Below are positions 28,572 through 38,060 of a stretch of 60,229 nt of DNA, piece after piece. Every line of letters starts with the position of its first letter. The first letter of the stretch is position 1. The stretch is from contig CAVTUQ010000016.1 of NCBI GenBank assembly GCA_963737905.1, positions 1 through 60,229 of the forward strand. Direction: 5' to 3'. Both the position numbers and the translations under genes were made by a program. The notes beneath the pieces were generated by a model. It made no database searches. It was not told the DNA's origin and saw only the letters and a program-made list of their open reading frames with translations. This stretch comes from an uncultured delta proteobacterium (GTDB lineage: Bacteria > Desulfobacterota > Binatia > UBA9968).

Positions 28572-31500
28572 ATGGCAAGAGTCCAGATAAAGCCCGCCGC
28601 GATACCAAGAGCCGGTTACGAGTATCAAGACCTTGCCGGCATCGAGGTGCTTATTCGTCAGTACCGAGATCCTGAGCTCTACGCGTGGGTGCAACTCGAG
28701 GCAGACGACACGGCGTACCGAGCGCTCGACGACGTCGTGGCTGCGCGAAAGGATGGCTCTTTCGAGTTCATCCAGGTCAAATTCACGGTCGACTCCAACC
28801 GCTACGAACTGGATTGGGAGTGGCTTCTCTCCAAGACCAAAAACGGCACTTCCATGCTTGAGAAGTGGGCGAAGTCACTCGCGCGCGTCGCCGCCCTAGG
28901 TCCAATTCACAGTGCAGGCCTCAAAACAAACCGCACTCCGTCCGCGAAGTTCGCCAAGTATCTAAAGGGCTCGCGGGTCGACATTGACCTCCTACCCAGG
29001 GATATTCGCGAGGTAGTTGAGGGCGCGTGCGGAGGTACCGGCGCAGCCGAGCGTTTTTTCAGTGACTTCGATTTCTTAGGAGGTCTTCCAGACCTCGACA
29101 GATACGAAAACTACTTGCGCGATCAGCTCGTGCCTACGGACACGGATTCGTTAGGCTGGCTCCTCTTCCGCGAGAGCGTTCGTCGTTGGGCGACCCGCAA
29201 AAACCAGCCTGAACCCGATGGACGTATTCTGCGGGAACATCTTGTACAGCTTATTACGAAGCGTCGCCCGCAGCCGATCCATCAGGACTTTATCGTCCCC
29301 GATGGCTACGGCCCGCCGAGTGAGTCGTTTGACAAACTCATCCGTGGGCGCATCACGAAGGATGACAATCTAATCACGATCCTTTGGGGAACGCCCGGAC
29401 GCGGCAAGAGCACTTACCTGAGCTATTTAACGCAAGAACTTCAAAAGGAAGGTGCGGCCGTCGCGCGACACCACTACTTTCTGTCGGCAGAGGACTCGAG
29501 TTCCAACCGCATCTCCTTTATTGAGATTGCAACTTCACTGATGCATCAGCTGTATGTGCGCCATCCCGAAGCCATGGCCGGCGTTGCCGAAGATGCCGAC
29601 AAGTTGCGGTCTAACCTCGCGATTGTCGCGGCCAATCTAGCCGTCAAAGGGCAGCGGCTTCACATCGTCGTTGACGGACTCGATCACGTGTGGCGCGACA
29701 CGCAGCGCGTCGACCAGCTTAATCACCTCTTCAACGAGCTGCTACCGCTGCCGCCAAATGTAAGTCTTATTGTCGGAACCCAGCGGGTCACCGACGAGCA
29801 GCTGCCCGGCAAGCTGCTGACGATTGCGAATGACGATGACTGGGTCGAAATTCCTCGCATGGACGAGGTCGCGGTCCATCGCTGGGTGGTGCAGCAAGAT
29901 AGGGCGCGTCCACTCATCCTTCGGTTTGACCCGACGCCCCAGCAGCGCGTCGAAATGATCGGCGAGATCGCGGGAGCGTTCTTTGATATCAGCCAGGGCC
30001 ACCCGCTGCATTTAATCTACGCATATGAGGCGCTCATCCGCACAGGCCGCCCAACGTCTGCAGAGGAAGTCCGATCGCTACCGCCGTGCCCCGACGGCGA
30101 TATCCGCGTCTACTATCGGGGACTCTGGGTTCGCCTCAGTGCGGATGCCAAAAACGCTCTCCACATGCTTGCCGGATCGGACTTCTTCTGGCCGAGCCTT
30201 GGCATAAGGCAGGTGCTCGGGGACTTCAGCGAGATCGACCACCTTTTGGAGCCGCTTAATGTTGGCATGGTCCCCTTCCACTCAAGCATCTTCGTATGGG
30301 TACGCGAGCGGGCGGACCATGCGGAAGCCTATCAGGCGCTCCTGCCGAAGATCATCAACTGGCTTGCGAATGATGCGCCTGAATATTGGCGGTGGGGCTG
30401 GCTCTGGCTCGCCAGGGCTCAGACCGGCGACTTCAAGGATTTACTCGCGGGCGCAACGCGGGACTGGGTTGTCGAATCCTTCACGAAGGGCTGGTCCGAT
30501 CAGCAGATCGAAAACATCCTCGCCGCCGCGGAAGCGAAAACCTTCGAGGACGGCGACTTACCGCGAACGGTATCCCTTCGCAGTCTTAAGACCCGCGTCT
30601 CAAACGCGCGCGAGTTTCAATCGAGGGATTTTGCCGCTTATCGCGCGACCGCGCTCGCGGTCTCCGATAACCGCCAACAGACTTTGAACCTTCTTGATAA
30701 CATCCACGAGTTGACCGAGAGCGAGGTGACAGAGCTAGTCCGCCGTGGTCCTAGCGAGATGTCCTCGCAGATCTTGCCTGCCTGCCGTAATGAACTGGAT
30801 CGTCGCGTCAATGCATGGATCGCGCTGCGTCACCGGCCCGAGCGAGAATTTACGACGCTTTCGGATCAGCTCCTGGCGGTCAGTGCGCTGATGGATAGAG
30901 AGACAGTGCGACGCACCTTAAACTACCTGCGCGGCTTCAGAAAACCCGAGCCCCATGTCTTGAGGCTCATTCGTTTACTAGGGGATGCGCAAAATATCCA
31001 GGGGCTCCAACTCGCCCGCAAGACGCTGACCAGCGCCAAGTGGAAGGATCAACGGCAACTAATCGACGACGCGCTTGTACGGGCGGCGAGTTTCGCAGGC
31101 GCGGACGTCCGAGAACTGGTCTCCCTCGGAAAGGAGCCTCTCTCAGCCTTTGCGGCATCCTGGTTCCTCTGGCGCGATCGCGAAGCCAAGATAGAAGGTC
31201 ATATGCCTCCAGTACCCGATGACCTCATCCGCGAGCGGTATTCGCTCGTTGAAAACGCGGATGTCACCTCGTTCTTCTACGATGCGTTTTGGATCGCGCT
31301 ATACCTAGGCCTCCGCGCGAATGGCAATGATTTCTCGATGATCTATCCGGGTCTGGGTAAGGAGAATTTGGGATGGCTACCGAAGGGCCTGGCAATCATC
31401 GAGGAGATCGCAAGGAAAATCGCAGAAGGCCGCATCACGCCCACCTTCTCCGCTGTCTATACCGAATCAACAGATATCGAGCCGGTCAAGTGGGGTCCAT

Positions 31501-32945
31501 CTCCCGAGACGGAATACAGACAATATCTGGCTTTCAGGGAGGCTCTCCAACATATCGCCGTCGATTTGCATCTCCTTGCTCCTCCCAACTCCGGTGATAC
31601 GAAGGTGCCAGCCTCGGAGCTGAGCATGGCGCGCAAATCTGCCCACTGGTCGGACGCGAATTGGGTGGCACGCAATGTGGCAGACAGGATTCCACTCTTT
31701 GATAAAGACGGTGCGGCGGCGCTTCTCACCGCGGAGGCGAAAGTACTTTTGGCGAACGTGACGGAGTTCAGCGAGCGCTCGGAACGTTGGACACAATTCG
31801 CGGACTTGGCGCATCGTTATGGCGACGCAAGAGAGACCGAGTTTCTGGCGCATGCTGCCGAATGTCTCGTCGGCTATGGCTGGCGAAAAGACCTCGGCGC
31901 GATGGATGTACTCGATGCCGTTGTTGAACTGAGCGCGAAAGACCCAGCTGTCACGCGGGCACGCATGGATACACTCGTGCCAATCGTCGAAGTAATCACC
32001 GAATTTACGGACGGCGATGAGACGAACCACGTAAGGTCTGAGCTTATCGAAGTTGTAGCGAAGGTTGCACCCGAGCGCTTGCCCTCCGTCTACGAACATC
32101 ACCTCTCGAACGATGATCATTCCTACGCCGACGAGTGCCTGGTTGAACTCGCGAAGGTGATGGATCTCGGTACGCCAGAATGTAGCGCGCTAGCGCGCAC
32201 CTTTCTTGATGAACGGACTCTGGGTGTTCTAGAAGACCGCGCGGCCAGTGAACCTGCCGCCCTAGCGCTCCTCGCCGGCCAGAATGCGTTTCTCGGCCGC
32301 ACACTGGAGACTCGCCGCGAGATCAAAGCAACCGAGGAAGAGCTTTCGGAGCGGGAGAAAGAAGCTGCCAAAATTGACCCTACCGCGTTTGACTATGACG
32401 ATTTCGCTGGCGTCGTCAAAGCGGCCGCGGCGGGCCACTACAGGAGCCGCAAAGAATTCATGGTGAAGTGGCTTCATCACTGGAAGGCTCAACGCAAGGG
32501 GACGCGAGTTCTGCGCTCGATTCTCTCCTACTTTGAGGTCGGCGAGAAAACCCACGATGCTGAGGAAGTCCTCGATGAAGCCTTCCTCGTAAGCTTCGCT
32601 ATCGAGGGGAAGGAGGCCGCGTATCCGTGGCTTGTTAAGGCGCACATTCATCGTGGCGGGTGGCAGAGCTACTGGGCATCCGAGACCGAAATAATGCAGC
32701 GGCTCAGGCTAGCCGTGGAGCACTATCCAGATCGCTGGCTAAAATACATCAAAGATACTTCGGTGCCCGCGTCCTACTACCTTCGCCGGGGCTACGGTTT
32801 CGTAATTGGTTACAAATACCTGGTGCGCTTCCTCATGCTTGTCGGGCAGGCGGAGCTTGCTGACAACGTTACCACAGCTTTCGTGGACTCATTGGTCGAG
32901 GAGGTCCGGGAACAGCCAATCCCGGAGACGCCATGGTTCCGTTAG
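28572..32945 (+). CDS. PD-(D/E)XK nuclease-STAND/NACHT NTPase-helical repeat protein (Avs/NLR-like putative anti-phage protein)
   Basis: N-terminal GYEYQD...ALDDVV...FIQVK (Cap4/Mrr-like); Walker A GTPGRGKST (29388-29414); Walker B HIVVDGLD; IVGTQ sensor; GHPL; PFHSS; long helical C-terminus. Confidence 0.88.
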   Translation: MARVQIKPAAIPRAGYEYQDLAGIEVLIRQYRDPELYAWVQLEADDTAYRALDDVVAARKDGSFEFIQVKFTVDSNRYELDWEWLLSKTKNGTSMLEKWAKSLARVAALGPIHSAGLKTNRTPSAKFAKYLKGSRVDIDLLPRDIREVVEGACGGTGAAERFFSDFDFLGGLPDLDRYENYLRDQLVPTDTDSLGWLLFRESVRRWATRKNQPEPDGRILREHLVQLITKRRPQPIHQDFIVPDGYGPPSESFDKLIRGRITKDDNLITILWGTPGRGKSTYLSYLTQELQKEGAAVARHHYFLSAEDSSSNRISFIEIATSLMHQLYVRHPEAMAGVAEDADKLRSNLAIVAANLAVKGQRLHIVVDGLDHVWRDTQRVDQLNHLFNELLPLPPNVSLIVGTQRVTDEQLPGKLLTIANDDDWVEIPRMDEVAVHRWVVQQDRARPLILRFDPTPQQRVEMIGEIAGAFFDISQGHPLHLIYAYEALIRTGRPTSAEEVRSLPPCPDGDIRVYYRGLWVRLSADAKNALHMLAGSDFFWPSLGIRQVLGDFSEIDHLLEPLNVGMVPFHSSIFVWVRERADHAEAYQALLPKIINWLANDAPEYWRWGWLWLARAQTGDFKDLLAGATRDWVVESFTKGWSDQQIENILAAAEAKTFEDGDLPRTVSLRSLKTRVSNAREFQSRDFAAYRATALAVSDNRQQTLNLLDNIHELTESEVTELVRRGPSEMSSQILPACRNELDRRVNAWIALRHRPEREFTTLSDQLLAVSALMDRETVRRTLNYLRGFRKPEPHVLRLIRLLGDAQNIQGLQLARKTLTSAKWKDQRQLIDDALVRAASFAGADVRELVSLGKEPLSAFAASWFLWRDREAKIEGHMPPVPDDLIRERYSLVENADVTSFFYDAFWIALYLGLRANGNDFSMIYPGLGKENLGWLPKGLAIIEEIARKIAEGRITPTFSAVYTESTDIEPVKWGPSPETEYRQYLAFREALQHIAVDLHLLAPPNSGDTKVPASELSMARKSAHWSDANWVARNVADRIPLFDKDGAAALLTAEAKVLLANVTEFSERSERWTQFADLAHRYGDARETEFLAHAAECLVGYGWRKDLGAMDVLDAVVELSAKDPAVTRARMDTLVPIVEVITEFTDGDETNHVRSELIEVVAKVAPERLPSVYEHHLSNDDHSYADECLVELAKVMDLGTPECSALARTFLDERTLGVLEDRAASEPAALALLAGQNAFLGRTLETRREIKATEEELSEREKEAAKIDPTAFDYDDFAGVVKAAAAGHYRSRKEFMVKWLHHWKAQRKGTRVLRSILSYFEVGEKTHDAEEVLDEAFLVSFAIEGKEAAYPWLVKAHIHRGGWQSYWASETEIMQRLRLAVEHYPDRWLKYIKDTSVPASYYLRRGYGFVIGYKYLVRFLMLVGQAELADNVTTAFVDSLVEEVREQPIPETPWFR

Positions 32946-34390
32946 TGAACTCCGCCCCCATCGCGCTTTCCTTTCTCTTCCAGCGGCTCAAGTGGCCAGT
33001 GCCGATGTCCCGTTGGCGCACGGCGAAGGAGATCCGAAACCTGCTGAATAATCCAAACACGCGATCCTCAACGTTGGACGCACTTTTGGACTATCTCGAT
33101 CAATGCAAGACTGAATCTGAAGTCTGCGAGATTCTCACAATCGTCTTCCTGACCTCCCCGGATGCCAGACCCTCGCGCACAGCGCTCGCATCGCGCATCC
33201 ATTACCCTTCCGTTCTCGCTGATATCCTCCTGGAGCAGATCTACGGACTGGGGCACGGCATCGGCGGATGGCGCTGGGCTCACTCGGGGCGGGCTCCGGC
33301 AGATTTCGCCGGTGGCAGCTACTTCGAGGAACACAAGGCAGCACATGTTCCGCCTATATTCGCGGACAATCTGAAACGGCTGGAACGCGCCAGCAGTGAC
33401 CCCTTTCTCCAGCAATGGGCCTACGAGTGGGAAACGCTTCGCGACAAGCTGGGCACACCTTACACGGGCTACCCGGATTATTTCGGTGACGTCTTGGAGG
33501 GACGCGCGGGAATCATGGGCCAATACTGGCAGCGGATGAGAGAGGTTTATCTCTCAGCATACCTGCGGACTTTGTCCTATGCCGTAAGCGAGTGGCGTAT
33601 GCCCCAGATGATGGCGGAAAACAATTGCCTCGAGATCGTTCACGGGATTGCCGGTCTTTTCGATGTCGAACCTGGTGCACGACCGGCGTGGCTCTCGGAC
33701 TTCCCTGAAAGATTCTGCGCTCCCGACGCTGACTTCACACTCCTCGTCCGCGAGCTCGTGCAGACCGCACGAGCGGAACGGATGAGGCTTGTGTCCCTCG
33801 ACACGCCAGTGGCGTCGTCAGTGCAGAAATTCGCCAATCTCACCCTCAGCACTCATCTCGTAACGCCGGATTACGAATTGCTTGACAATGCTTTCCTCTT
33901 CGAAAAAATGCCATGGCTGTCACTCGCAGATACGTTCGAGCTCACGGGCCCGCCAGCAGAGATCACGATCAAGGAAGCTAGCACAGCAGGAAAAATGGGT
34001 GACGAGGTGGCCGTCTGCAATCGTCTTTTTCCGGTACCATATGGAACCTGGCAAAGCGACTATTTCGCCATGGGCCTCAGGATCCCCGCTCCTTATACGA
34101 TTCCCGACACCGAAGTCCGCTGTTCGCACGAGAGCATCGAGTGTATTACATCCGACGGGAAGGTTGGCTCGAGAACTTTGATATGGAACGACAATTGGGT
34201 TCCGCCGCACCCAAAGGGGGGTTCAACGCGCTGCGGCACCGCGACTATGATCGATCAGGAGATGCTCGCCGAAGCTTTAGAACGACTAGGCCGCAAGCTC
34301 GCTTTCTTCATGAAGCTGCGCATTTGGGGCCGCGAGAAGGAGTATGGGGACTACTCGGAATCGAAACGCACTTTCTTTTTGCTTGATTGA
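32933..34390 (+). CDS. Hypothetical 485-aa partner of the STAND NTPase (translationally coupled or split C-terminus)
   Basis: Overlaps the upstream stop (ATG at 32933, or TAG/GTG overlap at 32943-32947); no catalytic motif recognised. Confidence 0.8.
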   Translation: MVPLVNSAPIALSFLFQRLKWPVPMSRWRTAKEIRNLLNNPNTRSSTLDALLDYLDQCKTESEVCEILTIVFLTSPDARPSRTALASRIHYPSVLADILLEQIYGLGHGIGGWRWAHSGRAPADFAGGSYFEEHKAAHVPPIFADNLKRLERASSDPFLQQWAYEWETLRDKLGTPYTGYPDYFGDVLEGRAGIMGQYWQRMREVYLSAYLRTLSYAVSEWRMPQMMAENNCLEIVHGIAGLFDVEPGARPAWLSDFPERFCAPDADFTLLVRELVQTARAERMRLVSLDTPVASSVQKFANLTLSTHLVTPDYELLDNAFLFEKMPWLSLADTFELTGPPAEITIKEASTAGKMGDEVAVCNRLFPVPYGTWQSDYFAMGLRIPAPYTIPDTEVRCSHESIECITSDGKVGSRTLIWNDNWVPPHPKGGSTRCGTATMIDQEMLAEALERLGRKLAFFMKLRIWGREKEYGDYSESKRTFFLLD

Positions 34391-34591
34391 GAGCGTCGAG
34401 AGTGGATCAGGGTCTTGAAGATCAGGTCGGGGGGCACGCATTAGCCGGCAGGTCAAGTAGGTACAGAGATTCCCACGAAGAGAATTTCTTTTCCTTTCCC
34501 GTTATTTGAACTCGTCAGCGTTTGACCGTCTCAGTCACATGCCTCTGTTTTCAATCGTTCGGTGTCGGATCTAGGGTTAGTCGTGATGCTC

Positions 34592-34811
34592 GGGCTTGAT
34601 TCTGTATTTTGATTTCTTTCCTTGTCCATTCAGGCTCGACCTCGCTATTTCCCCTTCTGTCTGCTATGAGGATTTTCAGTCCTCTGACGGCAGCGGGACT
34701 ATGTGTCACTATTGGTATCTATTCAAGTGTTTAACGGCGGTCTCAGCCGGTCTATTTTACCGATTCGAACACATAGCAACACGTAGTTCTTTCAAAGCAC
34801 ATTCAAAGCAG
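34592..34811. repeat. att-like element copy 1 (tRNA-Phe anticodon core plus arm repeats)
   Basis: Core GAGGA-TTTTCAG-TCCTC at 34668-34684; GTCACTAT 34705-34712; IHF-like ATTCAAGTGTTTA 34721-34733; terminal TTCAAAGCA doublet. Confidence 0.75.
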
Positions 34812-35042
34812 GGAGGCGATCAGTAATCCGTACTGTGCCTCTATGTGCCTTAATCGCTTTACGCCGGAATATCGACTGAAGCCGTGGATCAAGCGGACCG
34901 GTACAACAGCGGATTTTTCATCAAGCAGAGAAGGAATTGACATCTCTGCCGGTCGTGCGATACGGCTAGATCATAGAAAAGGTCGTTCTCGCGTGATCGA
35001 CCACTAGCCTCTTTCGAAACGCGGTGGGCGTCCCTACTGGCG

Positions 35043-36644
35043 ATGGAGGATGTGATGGACATCTGCACGCTCCTGTCGGCGACATCGCTGTTCTCCGCGC
35101 TCGAACCAGCGACTGTACAACGTCTTGCCGCCTGCTGCCGCGTGGAAACGTATCCAGAGGGTGCCACGCTGTTTGTGGCGGGTGACCCAGGCGATGAGAT
35201 GTTTGTCGTCGTCAGCGGGAGCGTCAAGGTACTTGTCGCGTCGGAAGATGGTGACATCACGCTGGCCACGTTCAGCCACGGCGACACGTTTGGTGAGCTG
35301 GCGCTCCTTGAAGTAAGCGGGCGACGGACGGCAACAGCCGTCGCGGTCGAGCCCACTGATCTGCTCGTCGTAGCTCGCCACGACTTCGACACTATCCTCC
35401 GTTCGTCGCCCGATTTCTTGTACAGGCAGCTCTGCGAAGTCGCGATGCGTCTAAGACAGACGAATCAACTTCTGTCTCCGCAGGCTAGTATTGACGTCTA
35501 CGATCGTCCGAGTAGAGCCCACCAGGAGGCGCTCGGACATGACGTCACTCTCGTAGGGTATGGGCGCTACGGGAGACTTCACATTGGGCCGAAATATGCC
35601 ACCAACAGCACGTTGTGGAATATGGCAGCTATTGTGGACCCTCTTCTCACGAGGCCGCAGTATCGTGTCAGCCGGTTGGGATTGACTAGGCCAGACGTAC
35701 CGATATTCGCCACGTTTGACGATTGGCGACATGAATACTTTAGCAAGCTGGACGATGCGGCGAAAGCGAAGCATGTGGTAGATATCGCCTTGCGGCCGGA
35801 TGTCGTGTACGATCAAACCGTACTATATATGCGCGCCGGCATAAAGAACGTGATCTTGCCCAAGCCAGTCACGGTAAACCACGAGCAGTTCGATCAATTG
35901 AGCGAGGAGGTTACGAAGCACGGTGTCAAGGCCGCGGTCGCCTCGCAATGGCACTATTCGGACCTGCCACGCCTCATCCGTCGCGAGATCAAGCGCCTGG
36001 CCGGACAACCCGTTGCAAGGTTGGCTGATGTCAAATTGCAGCGAGTCGAGCTGGAGTTCTCAAAAGAGAACGGAGCCGCTATCTCGGCAACTCCGCCGCT
36101 CTCGGAACTACCTCACGCCATCCAGCTGCTCGAGTCGATCGGCCTGGTCGATCTTGCCCAGCACCAACCCGAAGTAAGCGGTAACGAGGTGTCTGTCGAG
36201 GCCGTGTATAGACCGACGAACATTACGGATGGTATCCATGTTCGGGCGAGCCTGGACTGGACGCCCGATGAGTGGGTCAAAGTGCAGTATCCGCATTGGG
36301 ATGTTCAGAATCGTTCCCTGAGAGTATATCTTCATCAAGATCAGAGTGAACCATCGATGAGCGTGGACTTTTGGGTGAAGTTTGACCGAACTGGTCGATA
36401 CGCCATTCGACCTGGTAACCTGATTCTTCCTGATGATCCCAATTCCGAATGGCGCGATAGGTTGCGCATGGACTTCGTGGACGATCAGTTGCTGACTATG
36501 CTTCGGAAGATCTATGCAGCGTTTGATCAGGACTTCAGTGAATTCCAAAGCGATGAGAGGGTGATGCCTCTCGATCGCTACGCGAATGTCGGCAAGCAGC
36601 TCATGGTGATCGAGAAGATATGGCACGATACTATCAGGCAGTAG
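35043..36644 (+). CDS. Cyclic-nucleotide-binding domain fused to a Gfo/Idh/MocA-like Rossmann oxidoreductase
   Basis: CNBD: LFVAGDPGDEMFVVVSGSV...GDTFGELALL...RTATAVA. Rossmann part: VTLVGYGRYGRLH, AAIVDP and VILPKPV. Confidence 0.8.
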   Translation: MEDVMDICTLLSATSLFSALEPATVQRLAACCRVETYPEGATLFVAGDPGDEMFVVVSGSVKVLVASEDGDITLATFSHGDTFGELALLEVSGRRTATAVAVEPTDLLVVARHDFDTILRSSPDFLYRQLCEVAMRLRQTNQLLSPQASIDVYDRPSRAHQEALGHDVTLVGYGRYGRLHIGPKYATNSTLWNMAAIVDPLLTRPQYRVSRLGLTRPDVPIFATFDDWRHEYFSKLDDAAKAKHVVDIALRPDVVYDQTVLYMRAGIKNVILPKPVTVNHEQFDQLSEEVTKHGVKAAVASQWHYSDLPRLIRREIKRLAGQPVARLADVKLQRVELEFSKENGAAISATPPLSELPHAIQLLESIGLVDLAQHQPEVSGNEVSVEAVYRPTNITDGIHVRASLDWTPDEWVKVQYPHWDVQNRSLRVYLHQDQSEPSMSVDFWVKFDRTGRYAIRPGNLILPDDPNSEWRDRLRMDFVDDQLLTMLRKIYAAFDQDFSEFQSDERVMPLDRYANVGKQLMVIEKIWHDTIRQ

Positions 36645-36685
36645 GGTCAGGTCACGCTTTAGGGTCAGGTCTTGCAAGACAACAT
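36645..36685. repeat. GGGTCAGGTC direct repeat / REP-like (GGGTCAGGTCTTGCA...ACA)
   Basis: tagggtcaggtc acgctt tagggtcaggtc ttgcaagacaaca immediately after the stop codon. Confidence 0.45.
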
Positions 36686-36930
36686 CTGGGTACCGGTGCC
36701 GCGCCACTTCGCTTCGAACTGTCGCACAACTTGCCGTGTGGACGGATGATCCTACTGTGGCACTCGATTCGAGAATTCAAAGAGGATCCAGAAGTGGAAT
36801 GACGCTTAAAAACAGTCAAGCGTGTGATTTCGTTGTCCATCGTCTATCCCGCCATCACTAACGTAATTTGTGATATAGGTTTAGGGAAGATTTTCTGTTT
36901 GCGAAGCAAGGGGCATGGGGATCAGTCGTG

Positions 36931-37090
36931 GGGCTTGATTCTGGATTCTAATTTGTTTCGTTGTCCATTCAGGGTCGACCCCGCTATTTCACCTTCTGTC
37001 TGCTATGAGGATTTTCAGTCCTCTTGCCGTAGCGGGACTATGTGTCACCATCGGTCGCTATTGGTATCTATTCAAGCGTTTAACGGCGGT
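36931..37090. repeat. att-like element copy 2 (right arm truncated)
   Basis: Left flank near-identical to copy 1; core at 37007-37023; four 10-bp units (ggACTAT, gtcACCAT, gtcGCTAT, gtaTCTAT); IHF-like ATTCAAGCGTTTA; similarity ends at 37090. Confidence 0.75.
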
Positions 37091-37092
37091 GC

Positions 37093-37209
37093 GCTCATCC
37101 CACTAAGCCGGGCCGCGTAACTGTCAGTGGTAACCTCGGCGATGACATGCCAAAGGGGACGTTAGCTTCCGTACGGCGACAGGCGGGACTCAGAGGAGTA
37201 TTGCGATGA
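37093..37209 (+). pseudogene. hicA: 5'-truncated HicA-family toxin
   Basis: AHPTKPGRVTVSGNLGDDMPKGTLASVRRQAGLRGVLR* is the HicA C-terminal half; in-frame stop at 37081-37083 and no start; ATGA overlap with hicB. Confidence 0.8.
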
Positions 37210-37469
37210 GAAAGAGACAATATCTGGTTCGCGTAAACAAAGACCCGAATAGCGATTGGGGCGCTTCAGTGCCTGATCTCCCTGGTTGTGTGGCAACCGG
37301 AAAAACGATTGATATTACCCTTCGGCGAATTGAAAGAGCCATTACACTTCACCTTCACGGGCTGCGCGAAGATGGCATAAATCCACCGCTCCCACGACAC
37401 CGTTCCGTTACTCCAAGACGCACGCGCCGACAGGTGGATTTTTACGCGACTGTCGAGGTGGCTGCCTAA
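37206..37469 (+). CDS. hicB: HicB-family antitoxin
   Basis: WGASVPDLPGCVATGKT...AITLHLHGLREDG..PP. Confidence 0.93.
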   Translation: MRKRQYLVRVNKDPNSDWGASVPDLPGCVATGKTIDITLRRIERAITLHLHGLREDGINPPLPRHRSVTPRRTRRQVDFYATVEVAA

Positions 37470-37520
37470 CGAATCGCTTCAGACCGACGCTAAAAGCGCC
37501 GGCGGAGCTTTGCGTTAACC
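37464..37520 (+). mobile_element. Integron attC-like site (57 bp)
   Basis: R'' GCCTAAC containing the hicB stop, 5-nt spacer, L'' GCTTCAGA, central CGACGCT-AAA-AGCGCCG, L' GCGGAGC, 5-nt spacer, R' GTTAACC. Confidence 0.65.
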
Positions 37521-37596
37521 GCAGCCCCGGGTAGAATCGGCACGGTGGCGGTGACTCAATTTATCAAAGCCTCGGGACTAAGAAAGAGAAACGGGC

Positions 37597-37995
37597 ATGA
37601 AGAAGAGCGGGTCGCAGAAAAGCAAGTCTCCTTCTCAGCTGATAGATGCGAGAATCAAGGAGCTAGGCGACTGGCGGGGCAAGATGCTCAGCCGGCTCCG
37701 TACCTTAGTCAAGGAAGCCGATCCCGAAGTCGTTGAGGAGTGGAAGTGGAGAGGGGTTCCGGTGTGGTCGCACGACGGATTGATCTGCACAGGCGAGACT
37801 TACAAGAACGTTGTGAAGATGACCTTCGCCAAAGGGGCGGCTCTCAAGGATTCTTCAGGCCTCTTCAACTCCAGTCTTGACGGGAACACAAGGCGTGCCA
37901 TTGACTTCCACGAGGGCGAGAAGATACACGAGGAGGCGTTGAAGACTCTCGTTCGCGCCGCCGTGGCCCTGAACAAGTCGACAGCCAAAAGCTAA
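37597..37995 (+). CDS. DUF1801-domain protein
   Basis: LGDWRGKML...EEWKWRGVPVWSHDG...YKNVVKMTFAKGA...FNSSLDGNTRRAIDF. Confidence 0.9.
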   Translation: MKKSGSQKSKSPSQLIDARIKELGDWRGKMLSRLRTLVKEADPEVVEEWKWRGVPVWSHDGLICTGETYKNVVKMTFAKGAALKDSSGLFNSSLDGNTRRAIDFHEGEKIHEEALKTLVRAAVALNKSTAKS

Positions 37996-38060
37996 TCCAC
38001 GGAAGGGCCACCAGCGTTAACGCGCGAGGCATCCTTCACGGGTCGCCTGCGTCGCGCACT

